Shown: positions 34,801 through 44,498 of the stretch, piece by piece
Position numbering within the stretch: position 1 is the stretch's first letter
Layout of the letters: every line of letters starts with the position of its first letter
Assembly (NCBI GenBank): GCA_977018835.1
Contig: OZ361259.1
Location: forward strand, 2,046,001 to 2,110,000
Direction of reading: 5' to 3'
Length of the DNA stretch: 64,000 nucleotides
Source of the DNA: Minutocellus sp. GHC0000111
Taxonomy: Eukaryota
Notes under the pieces: model-generated
The model's database searches: none
What the model was told of the DNA's origin: nothing
Seen by the model: the letters and a program-made list of their open reading frames with translations, nothing else
Position numbers and translations under genes: made by a program

Positions 34801-36144
34801 GTAAGCAGTAACCAGAGCGTCGTTGAGAGCAATGCCTCGATGGTCAAGTCGACCAAGGACGTGTCTGAACGGCTCCGTACTGCCACTTCTTCTCTCATCT
34901 TTGAATCGCAAAAGATTCGAGAAAATGACGTCCATGCCAAAAAGGTGGTGCAGGAGACAAACGGTATCTTTGGTGATATCGCCGGAATGGCGACAAAGAG
35001 TGTTAATGCCACAATCTCCCATTCCGATCATGCCAATACCAGTGTCACTGAGATGCAAAAGCTCGATAAAGAATCGGAGAAGATCCTCGAGGGCATCAAG
35101 GCCGATGGTCAGAAATGCGCCAAACACATTGAGAAGACGATTCAGCAGCAAACCAAGAAGGATCTTGTCGGTCTAGCCGCAACATCGAAAGAGATGTCTT
35201 CCTATGCCGCCGATACCATTCTCGTGGATGCTACCGCCTCAGTGAATGCTGCAGAGGATTCTCTCAAGGCACCGATGAAGTCATTCAGTGAGAACATGTC
35301 TCAGGTCATGGAATCTAGCAAGGCGGGCGCCCAAAAGATTGAGGCCGTCTCACAGAGGCAAGTCAATGTTGCCAAGAATCTATGCAGCACTGTGCTGGAG
35401 AAGCATACCCACTTCGCTACCGACATTGCCGAACAGCAGCAGTCCAACATGGAGTGTCAGAAGAACGATCTCATCGAGATGGCTACCACTTATCGCACTA
35501 CGGCAAAGGATCAGGCATCGTCCGTTGAAGCACAATCCAGAGACATCAGTGATCAAATCATATCCTACTCTTCGTACGCCGACGAAGAAATTCATCCTGC
35601 CCCGGAGAGAGTCTCTCATTCTTACAGTACATCTCTGAGCGCGACGGCCGCGGAAGATGAAATTCTTCGTGAGGCCAACGTCCAACAGGAAGAATACCAC
35701 AGCGATGACGAGTCAACAAGGAGTGAACCCAGGAGCAATGAGGACGATGAATGCTCTTCGCAGGTATCTCAGGGTCATTCTCAATTGACGGAGGAGACCA
35801 TGGACAATTCTATGGAGACAGAATCTTCGATTGAGAGCGAAGGCAGCGCTTCGTCACCACCTCCTCGACTCAAGGAGGTTGCCGTCAATAGAGGTGGTAG
35901 CAGCTCAAGCACTACCAGCATTGGTAGCAGCAAGCAATCATCTATTCCCCGACCGACGAGCAGTAGTAGTGCCGGCGTGAGCAGTATGAAGAGATCTACG
36001 TCAAATATTTCGCGTAGTCGAGGCGCAAGCAGTCCAGCAATTAGTCGCAAACGAGTCAAGACCTCTAGGCATGGTTCCGGAACACCCGTGGTCGGCACTC
36101 CCAATGGTCTCGGCACACCGAGAAAACGAAGGGCAAGAAATTAA
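31821..36144 (+). CDS. Kinesin-5 (BimC/Eg5-like); introns 31885..32071, 32247..32408, 33072..33221
   Basis: VQVAVRLRP, FAYGQTGTGKTHTMEG, SYLEIYNE, MNKQSSRSH, VDLAGSE, INRSLLTLGRVI, IPYR|DSKLTRILQESLGGRCKT, then a long coiled coil. Confidence 0.9.
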
Positions 36145-36363
36145 CCAAGGGAGCACAGCAATACAATAGCATAAGTCTTTTTCACATTCAAAAGGATAAG
36201 CATCATTATTCGACGCAGAGTATAATATAAAATAAATCAGTGGGCTTGCTTATCAATTATGTACTCCATCTATATATATGTACCCAAAAAATAAGAAAGT
36301 ACTTAGGATGCCTTAGATTGCATTTGTCTCGAGGAAATGCACCATCTACACATAGAGGAATGC

Positions 36364-39223
36364 TTAAATCGCATTTGTCTCGAGGAAATGCAACATGATG
36401 AGCTGCATACCAGCCCTTCGTTGGATGGATTGAGAAGTTTCCTCCATTGGATTGATCTCATTGGACCCAACGACAAGGCAATTGCAACAAATTCGTGCCA
36501 ACTTGGCCGCAGACAGCTTGTTGGCTTCGCGATACAGCAAGGCCTCGCGGAAGAACGATATCATGTAAACAAAAACGTTGTAGTGGATAGGAGGCAAATC
36601 TTCCAGGAACTTGCGAGAAATGGACTGAATATTTTGTGCATCGATCTCCAAGGTAGGAAAGAGCGATCGTGGAACAATGGGTGAAGGCAAGTTCGACAAG
36701 AACGATAGGAGGACCTCCGTCATGGAATGAACACGGAACTCGCCGAACTGAGCTCCGGTGTCCAAACATTCACGGATATGATTGACTTCCTCGGCAATAC
36801 CGGGAGTGGTGAAGAGATCCCTCTCGTGCAAACCCTTCTCATAGATGGCATCGACGATACGCCAAAGCTCCTTGGGTACACAGAGAGCGGCGGAAGGGTT
36901 GGACGGATCGTGCTTCTCGGCACGAAGGATGGGATCGAGGGGGACGTCGCGAATCGGCTCGGCGTACTTGACCAACTCGTCCACAGACATACCAAAGCAG
37001 GAGCGCGCATAGTTGGCCTTGACAGTGATGTAATAATCACGGCCATTCTCCAGCCGAAGAATAATGATGTCCTCGAGTACCTCACGGCCAGTATTCAAGG
37101 CGTGCGCGGTGGTATTGTCGATGGTAATGGTAAAATTGAGAGTGGCCGGTGCCTCGCCTGGGATGAGCATACCATACGTTGGCGTCACGGTCATCCACGG
37201 CTTACACAGCGATACCTCATCGAGCTTTGGCACCAGACGGAACTGTGCCACGACCTTGCCAGTATTGGTGACCGAAATAGGCAAGGTGACCTTCTGATCG
37301 TATCGGACATCTCCAAAATCCAGATTGATCCGATCGAGGCCAACCATGGGCAGACTCTGGTTCTCATACTTGTCAAGAATCTTCATGACCTCCTCATAAA
37401 CCTGCTCTCGTCGGCTCTGGATGACATCCTTGACCGTAATAAGGAACGATCCCATCACAGGCTTGTGATCGGAAATATTGAGCTCACTCCGTTCGTATGT
37501 GAGCTGGGTCACGTGGCTAGGCTCCTGCGCCAGCCAAAGGATACGGTCGCACCACGCCGGGGCACGGAGCTTTTATCCGGCCGGCACTCATACAGGTCCG
37601 TGCCTGGCTGATACTTGTACGTCGGCTGGAACATAAGCTTGCCCTCCTCGAAGCCCTGGAAAACGCGTCCCTGTGCACGCTCAATGTTGAGCTGATCGTT
37701 AACGCGTAGCTCATTGAGTTCATTGGCATTGCTCAATTCAATGACCTTCTCGGTTGGGATCGACTCATCGACACGGTAATTGAGATCGCCCATCCAAAAG
37801 GCCAGATCATGATCGGAAATCCCAACGGATGACGTGCCCGTGGCCCACTGCGACAGCGAACCGGACCGAATCACCTCTTTAACCGCTTCATCACCAATAT
37901 CATAACTGATCTTGCTGAAGATATTGGCAAAGTCGGCATTCCTGCCGGCCACATTCTCTCTGTGAGCTGCCAAGTGCGTATTGGTAATGCAGATGGTGGA
38001 ATCGTAGAACTGCAGGCGGATACTCACGCCGCCCTTGTTGCCCATCATGCCCATGACGCCGACACCAACGGAATCGGAATGCACGTACTTGACCCTCTGC
38101 TTATGCGGGGCCTTGACGAAAACGCACAGCATAAGACCGACCAGGTAGCGCTGGGACAGCAGGGTGTAGGCGCGCATGGGGTCATTGCCGGAATTCTTCC
38201 GGCTGTTGAGCGTGGCGCGGATGCGCTCGATCCAGTGCTGAGATCGCTGCTGGGACTTGTTGTCGACAGCAACGTGGACGGCATTGAGATCGACCATCTC
38301 CTGAAGGCCGACGGCGACAATGTCGGGGGCATTTTCGCCATTGGCACCCCAATCGGAGCACAGCCAATCATCGAGGGGTTCGTCCTTACCCTTGGCATTG
38401 ACGTTCCACGTACCAAAGAAGATGCGGGCCTGTTTGTACTGGGTGAACTCGTCCTGTTATATATGTGTTTGGGAAGAAATGTAAACAAGATTGAAAGACG
38501 GGTAAGATTTCACTTTCGGAGGAAGAACATGAAGCTAAGCACATATATATCTTGTGTTGGAAGTACATAATACTCTTATTTTCCTGTCACCACCACTTCA
38601 CACCGCCAACAATAAAGGCCTACGTGAAAACAAATACGCACCTGCCGGGCTCGGATCTGCTTGTAGATCCAGGCATCGCGAATCTTGGTGGCGGCCTCGC
38701 GGTTGCGGATGCGCCCATCCTCCATCTCCTCGTCGGCCGCGCGATTGGCCACGATCGATCCGGTCGTCATCCGGCCCCGCTGACTCTTGGCGTACGACGC
38801 CCTCCGCTCGTCCGGACCGGGCTGGATGGGGTGGGCCATCTGCTTCAATTGCTGGTCGGAACTCCGATCGGGCAGGTAGTTGACCTGCGGATGCGGCTCC
38901 GGGGGGGCCGAGTGGGAGCGGTGCGCGTGCATCTGTTGTTGTTGGTGCATCTGCATCTGCTGCTGTTGCTGCTGGTGATACATCTGCTGCTGCTGAGGAT
39001 CCCCGCCATACTGCGCCGCCCCGTACTGAGCCTGCTGCTGCTGGGCCGCCTGCCGCTGGGCATATTGCTGCATGTATGCCTCCTCGGCAGTCATCTGTTG
39101 AGCGCCCTGCTGGGATGGGACGGGGAACGCATCTTGCCCTTGAGCTGCCTGCTGTTGTTGCTGTTGCTGCGGCTGCTGACCGCCGGCGCCCGGAGGCATC
39201 ATCCAGCTGTTATTGTCCGCCAT
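36364..39223 (-). CDS. OCRL/INPP5B inositol polyphosphate 5-phosphatase (5-phosphatase + ASH + RhoGAP-like); intron 38641..38454; frameshift ~37570
   Basis: GTWNVN, IVAVGLQE, GMMGNKGGV, HLAAH, FWMGDLNYR, FQPTYKY, (KLRA)PAWCDRILW, SDHKPV, ILRLENGRDYYITV, VPKELWRIVD. Confidence 0.92.
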
Positions 39224-39589
39224 AAGTGATGGTCACGTGATGGGCAGGAAAACGACGGTATCTTGGAGGCGTATCGACCGTTCTTTCCCGCCATTGTTGT
39301 GACCTCTCCGATTTGAGCGAGGTCTCGCTCAACGCTTCGACATCGACATGGGCATAAATGTTTTGCTGCTGTTATGACGGGAGAAAGAAAGACCAAGGCG
39401 TTTCGAGCGAGAGATCGAGACGCGACGTTTCCCGCGAGAGCCGAGAGCCGAGGCAGGACGAGAGAGGCATCTCATCGCCTCACATCTGAGCGAGCGATGC
39501 TGCGTCACAGTGGCGTCTTGCTCATGAGCAGGCACTGAGAGTTGAGGTGACTGGCACTTGAGTAGTCTTTCTGTTAACTTGCTCGTGTC

Positions 39590-40327
39590 ATGACTTCGCT
39601 ACCACCACCGCCGGCTCCGCCACAACCGCCTTCCAAGGAGGCACAGGAGGAGGCATTGCGAAAACTTCCCCCAGCCCATCGGAAACAGGTGGAACTTCAA
39701 AGAAAGCTGATGTCGGAGCTGATATTTCCACCCTACATACCCCGAAAGTGCATGCCCAACGTCAAAACGTTGGATCTGTTGATGACGCAGATGAAGGCTG
39801 GAGATGAAGTTGGTGACGGCGGTAATGGCAATGGCAATAGTGGTGGCAATGGTGACACACCCATCGCACTTTTCACCAAGGACGAGTGGGAGCGGATAAA
39901 GCATCCACAACCAGGATCTAATGGTCTATCGAATACGCCGCCATGGGAACACGTCCATCACATCGATCGAAGCTGTCGTCAGTTCAAGCTGAAGCATTTG
40001 CATGCCAAAGTCAAAGCTCTGAACGCCAAAAAGAGATTGATTGAAGCTGGCGGCCAAAGCTCGGCCGATGCCAGCACGTACGAGGAGGAGAAGGCGAGGG
40101 CCATCATCATGGATATGAACTACAAATTCTGCCAAAATCAAGTGTCCTGCCCAGAACGGATGAATCGGCTGGCCACTTGTTGGTCCGCCTTTGGACCTGT
40201 TGTGATTAAAAAGTTCACGGAAGCCGGACAGGAGGGTTTGATTTGCAAAAGCGAGAGGGAGGCTGTTGAGAGATGCTCTGGTGGTCTTGTGCAAAGGTTA
40301 ATGCGAAGTGCAACCGATGATATATAA
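39590..40327 (+). CDS. Hypothetical protein with Cys-spaced helical C-terminus
   Basis: 245-aa ORF; C..CPERMNRLATC..CKSEREAVERC resembles twin CX9C spacing. Confidence 0.65.
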   Translation: MTSLPPPPAPPQPPSKEAQEEALRKLPPAHRKQVELQRKLMSELIFPPYIPRKCMPNVKTLDLLMTQMKAGDEVGDGGNGNGNSGGNGDTPIALFTKDEWERIKHPQPGSNGLSNTPPWEHVHHIDRSCRQFKLKHLHAKVKALNAKKRLIEAGGQSSADASTYEEEKARAIIMDMNYKFCQNQVSCPERMNRLATCWSAFGPVVIKKFTEAGQEGLICKSEREAVERCSGGLVQRLMRSATDDI

Positions 40328-40404
40328 GTATGCCGATGAATGATACGTTGCTGATAACAGCAGTATAGAAGTGTGACTACTAAGAAATTTAAGAAGCTGG
40401 CTTT

Positions 40405-41373
40405 CTATTTTACTTTTTGCAAAAGAAACATCTTGGATGTCGTAACAAGAACTGCTACGCCAGAGACTGCAGCACCAAGCAAGCTTAGCTTGCGTTGAGT
40501 GGCCGCCCCGACAAGATTGCTAGCGTTCATATCGTCGTTCTTCTTGGCCTTTTCAATGCGCTGCTTCATTCCGTCAGCGACGGCCAATAATGCCCAAGAG
40601 ATGACTCCACCGAAAACAGGTGCCGATCGCATCGTAGTCACGGCTACCCCAACAGCAGTCGCTGCCACCACAGATGCATGGCCAAGTAGCGCAATAGCTC
40701 TCGGACTGGACGATTTCTTCATGGAAAAAGCACCATTTAGATTCACAATCGAGGCAGCCACAGTCCAGCCAGTGTGAAGTGACATGCTCAAGAAAAGTTT
40801 TGCGTATGAACCACCGCTGTAAGTAGACGATTCAGCCGCATATGCCGCATGGGCCTTTGACAAGCTATAGGCCGTGGAAGCCAGCATTCCAAACGAAATG
40901 TACATCAAATTACCGCTGTATTTTCTTCGAAATGCTGCACACCAAAATGACTGAAATACGTGCGCAAAGGCAAAAGGCACCGAAGTCTTTCGGAGAAGCG
41001 GTACCAAAGGATCGTCAGCAGGAATGGAGAGCTGAGATACCAGCTCTCCCATAAAAATCGGCCCCCAGATGGCGAATGCCCACCCTGCCGGTGCTACCAA
41101 GGTTCTACCATTTCTCGACGAGAGCTTCTTTGCCTCGTCACCCACAACAGAATCCTTTTCATCTTGCAATTCCTTGGCCATCTCCCCATCGATGCGTCCC
41201 GGAATGGAGACGCAGACCACCTGCAGCACATACGCTGCCGCCGCTGCTCCTTTCAACTGTGCCCATGTGAACACACCCTTGGCAGCGAGATCTTCCACAA
41301 AGGGCAGAAGGATGAAGGCTCCAGTTCCGGCAGCCGCAACGGCGGCGGGTTGATTCATTGCAGCGAGGCTCAT
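40405..41373 (-). CDS. Multi-pass membrane protein, TspO/tryptophan-rich sensory-like
   Basis: TLVAPAGWAFAIWGPIF, SLHTGWTVAASIVNLN, FGGVISWAL motifs; several TM helices. Confidence 0.7.
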   Translation of the reverse strand: MSLAAMNQPAAVAAAGTGAFILLPFVEDLAAKGVFTWAQLKGAAAAAYVLQVVCVSIPGRIDGEMAKELQDEKDSVVGDEAKKLSSRNGRTLVAPAGWAFAIWGPIFMGELVSQLSIPADDPLVPLLRKTSVPFAFAHVFQSFWCAAFRRKYSGNLMYISFGMLASTAYSLSKAHAAYAAESSTYSGGSYAKLFLSMSLHTGWTVAASIVNLNGAFSMKKSSSPRAIALLGHASVVAATAVGVAVTTMRSAPVFGGVISWALLAVADGMKQRIEKAKKNDDMNASNLVGAATQRKLSLLGAAVSGVAVLVTTSKMFLLQKVK

Positions 41374-41447
41374 TCTCGTTTTGTGCTGGAAAAAGGCCCA
41401 TGTCGGACAAACGGACAGACCAAATCGTCGCGTCGCGTCGTCGTTAT

Positions 41448-41963
41448 CAGGGTTGTCTACCCGAGGAGACACCCACACCCGAATGGGTGTCGGGTGCCGG
41501 ATTTTGACGGGTGGGTGGGTAGATTTTCTACCCACCCGACCAACGGATGGCGATGGGTGACACCCACCCGACACCCATCCTTACAGATGTGTGGATGGGT
41601 GGCTAGATGGGTGTGAAATTTGCCCAATCCAGGGGCCAAATTTGCAAATTTTTGCACATTAGCCACCACAAATCATGCAAAGTTATGCCAAAATTCCCCT
41701 GAAGTGGCCGCCAAGAGCTCAAGGTGCCCTCCATGGTGAAATTTTTGCAGAAGAATTTGGCTCTCTTTGCCAAGAAAAAAATGAATTTGAGCCTCTGATG
41801 TGCCCAAAATCAGACACCCACTGCCCACATGCCCGAAACCCGACACACTTCAAGTGTGCAAATGGGGTGCCTACCCGTCTACCCACACCCACCCAGAATC
41901 CGTGTCGGGTGTCACCCGACACCCACCCACCCATGACCAAAAGTGGTCGGGTAGACAACCCTG
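41448..41963. mobile_element. 516-bp hAT-type MITE
   Basis: Perfect 17-bp TIRs CAGGGTTGTCTACCCGA (41448-41464 / 41947-41963). 8-bp TSD gtcgttat / gtcgtcat. Many ACCCA/ACCCG subterminal repeats. Confidence 0.9.
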
Positions 41964-42187
41964 GTCGTCATGGTTCCCATGACCCGCGCTCCATCTTCGT
42001 GCCTGTGTGCCAATGCCGCCTCCCCCTTCTTCTTCATTATATTAGTAGTCGTCTATCTAGAGCCCAACACCACCATTATTACTACTACAGCATTCATTTA
42101 CCTGAGCCACCTGCTGTCCTAAGCACCGGCAGCTCCATTTGGCCGCAGCCGCCCCAATGCCGATCCTCCAAGAGGTGTCGGTGGTGT

Positions 42188-42938
42188 TCATTTATATGTA
42201 GAGAGTGCCCAAGCTGAGCTGACAACAGCTAGCTCTCTAGCTTCGTCCCAAAATGCATGTTGAATCTCTTGAAATATTGCCAGATCTACAGCTTCCTCCT
42301 CGGCCACGAGGTGGTCTCGCCTCGCTGCCTCGGTCCCATCGTCGTCGCCATCTCCCAATGTTCCCGGCACGAATAGCAGATCCAATAGCAGCAGTGGTAA
42401 ATACCGAAGCTGATGCATCAGATGTGTCCGCCAGTCCACGTCCAATGCCGAATGCAACCTGTCAATGCCAGGAACCAGCCAACATTCGAACCAACAGGTG
42501 GGAAAACACGCGCACCGGGAACAAATGTTGCTAAAAGCAGAAGCATCTTGGCGTAGTAGTAGAACGGCACCCACGAAACGAGGGATTCCAATACGCCGGC
42601 GTAAATGGTGTGGCAGGCAAGGAGAGTCCAAAGTTGGGGTATCTCCTCGTCCAATGACGACGCTGATTGCAGCAGTGGTTGGTCGTCGTGTGTGAATTGC
42701 TTGCATGTGTGTGTTTTTTTATCTGTCTTTGTGGCCTTGTTGGTTCGCCAGCACAGCCGGAGGGTCGACGCGTGAAGGATGACGGAACAGGCAACTTGGG
42801 TCATGGCTGGTGCTTTGGCAGTTGGCTACGTGTAGCATCAAAGTGGCGTCATCGTTGGGTCTCTGATCATGCAGTGATCAGAGAGGCTTTGACCGGTTTT
42901 TGGGTGACGGTTTTGCGGCTTAGTTTCTGATACGTCAT
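42188..42938 (-). pseudogene. Degenerate HVA22/REEP (TB2/DP1)-like gene
   Basis: LWTLLACHTIYAGVLESLVSWVPFYYYAKMLLLL motif, with stops and frameshifts on both sides; sits between the MITE and the mariner-like element. Confidence 0.6.
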
Positions 42939-43266
42939 TTCGTGCTGTTCATGAAACGGACTGGTCGACGGCGACGGAAGGACGAGGATGGACAGAAAAG
43001 AACGAACGCTAACGAGCGCGAGACGTGGCCAAAAAATGAGCGGACTGGATGGATGGGCGGGCGGTACGAGGTCCGGGACAGCAATTTCGGGGACCCGGTT
43101 TTTTGGGTCTTTGGACTTTCCGACACGGCGGTTTGCGCTCACCTTGAAAAACACGCGGCAAAGCAAGCAAATCAAAACACACCCGTCAACAACCGACCTC
43201 CAAGCAATTACCACAAATAGACTGGGCAACTTCTGCCGACTGGCGCTTCAAGAAGCTTCCATACTC

Positions 43267-44403
43267 ATGGATACTCCAAAGGGACACATCTTCAGTCCAC
43301 CGCGTCCACCGAAACGCGCCGAGGCGACTGCATTCAGCCCCTCGCGCCATGAGAAGGAAACTTCCAACGAAACGCCGGAACATCCGCGGTATCGAGAGAA
43401 CAAGGACAACGATGACGAGGAGGACAACCAAGGGGTCCCACCGGCATCGTCAGACCTCACATCTCCTCGTGTGTTGAAATATCGACGCGAGTACAACGAA
43501 GAGGATGGCTTCGCCGCCGAACAAGCCCAAGCAAGGAAGTACTTGCATCATGACATATTGCGTGCCGACTTTCGCGGTACCGCTACCGTTTCATCTCATT
43601 CTGATGAAGATGATTCATTCTCAGAGATGAGCATAGCAACCGCCGACGCCAAGCCAAGCGGCGAGAGGAGAAAGCCCGTGAGCTCATTCGACCTTCCCTC
43701 CGCCACGCCCATGGTAACAAGTCCAATGTCAGTTCATACTCAGTATGCTCTTACCCCAAGCCGCTCATGCCCGTCGTTCAGCAACCTTCAATTGTCATCC
43801 CCTACCATCTTGGAGCCCTTGCCTCCAACCGAACCAACCGAACGACAGATTGAACGAGAGGTTGAGGAACATCGGAGGCTTGCGTGCTTTTTGACGTACG
43901 GAGAAGCACCACTACCACAAGATATAAAGAACTACAAGTCACCCACATGTAGTCAGAGGCCCGAACCAAGAAGAAAAGAGAAAGGGGTCTACCTCCCCTT
44001 CAAACAAGTTCCTGGTTGGGGTAGCGAGGTCGCGGTCACCACAGTGCTAGGCATGATCGAAGTCGATCGCCAAGTAAGAGAGGGTCGTGGTGCCTACCCG
44101 AAAGGGTGGAGAAGCAGAGAACTCGGATTGTATGATAACAAGACAATAGAATTCTCTATTGCATTATCTACTGACAAGATTGCATTAGATGCATATAAGT
44201 TGGGATATGAGGATGGGAGTAAACAACCAACTGCTCACCCTGCCCTCACTGACAATAAACTTGCCGATGCATATGGTGTGAAGCGCGGAAAGATTCGTCA
44301 GTCCCTCCACGCTGTGTGGCTTTCTGACGATCATAAGAAGGCCAAGGAGGCAAAAAAGAATACCGGTAGAAATAGAAGAACAAAGAAGCCCACCGTGACA
44401 TAA
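43267..44403 (+). CDS. Second ORF inside the mariner-like element; unknown, possible C-terminal helix-turn-helix
   Basis: Intact ~378-aa ORF; disordered N-half; LTDNKLADAYGVKRGKIRQSL is HTH-like; basic NLS-like tail. Confidence 0.6.
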   Translation: MDTPKGHIFSPPRPPKRAEATAFSPSRHEKETSNETPEHPRYRENKDNDDEEDNQGVPPASSDLTSPRVLKYRREYNEEDGFAAEQAQARKYLHHDILRADFRGTATVSSHSDEDDSFSEMSIATADAKPSGERRKPVSSFDLPSATPMVTSPMSVHTQYALTPSRSCPSFSNLQLSSPTILEPLPPTEPTERQIEREVEEHRRLACFLTYGEAPLPQDIKNYKSPTCSQRPEPRRKEKGVYLPFKQVPGWGSEVAVTTVLGMIEVDRQVREGRGAYPKGWRSRELGLYDNKTIEFSIALSTDKIALDAYKLGYEDGSKQPTAHPALTDNKLADAYGVKRGKIRQSLHAVWLSDDHKKAKEAKKNTGRNRRTKKPTVT

Positions 44404-44498
44404 ACAAACCAATGCTGCTGCATCTTACATGTAGATCTATAAATAATTTGTAGACGTGTAACATTTATTTAATACATGTGTAAAGACATTAACACTAT

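Noticed and set aside
42893..42905. ccggtttttgggt resembling part of the mariner TIR
   Set aside because: Short match lacking the terminal TA-CGAGG; the true end at 43067 has a TSD.
43267..44403. Possible Fanzor/TnpB cargo in the mariner
   Set aside because: No RuvC I/II/III or zinc-ribbon motifs visible.
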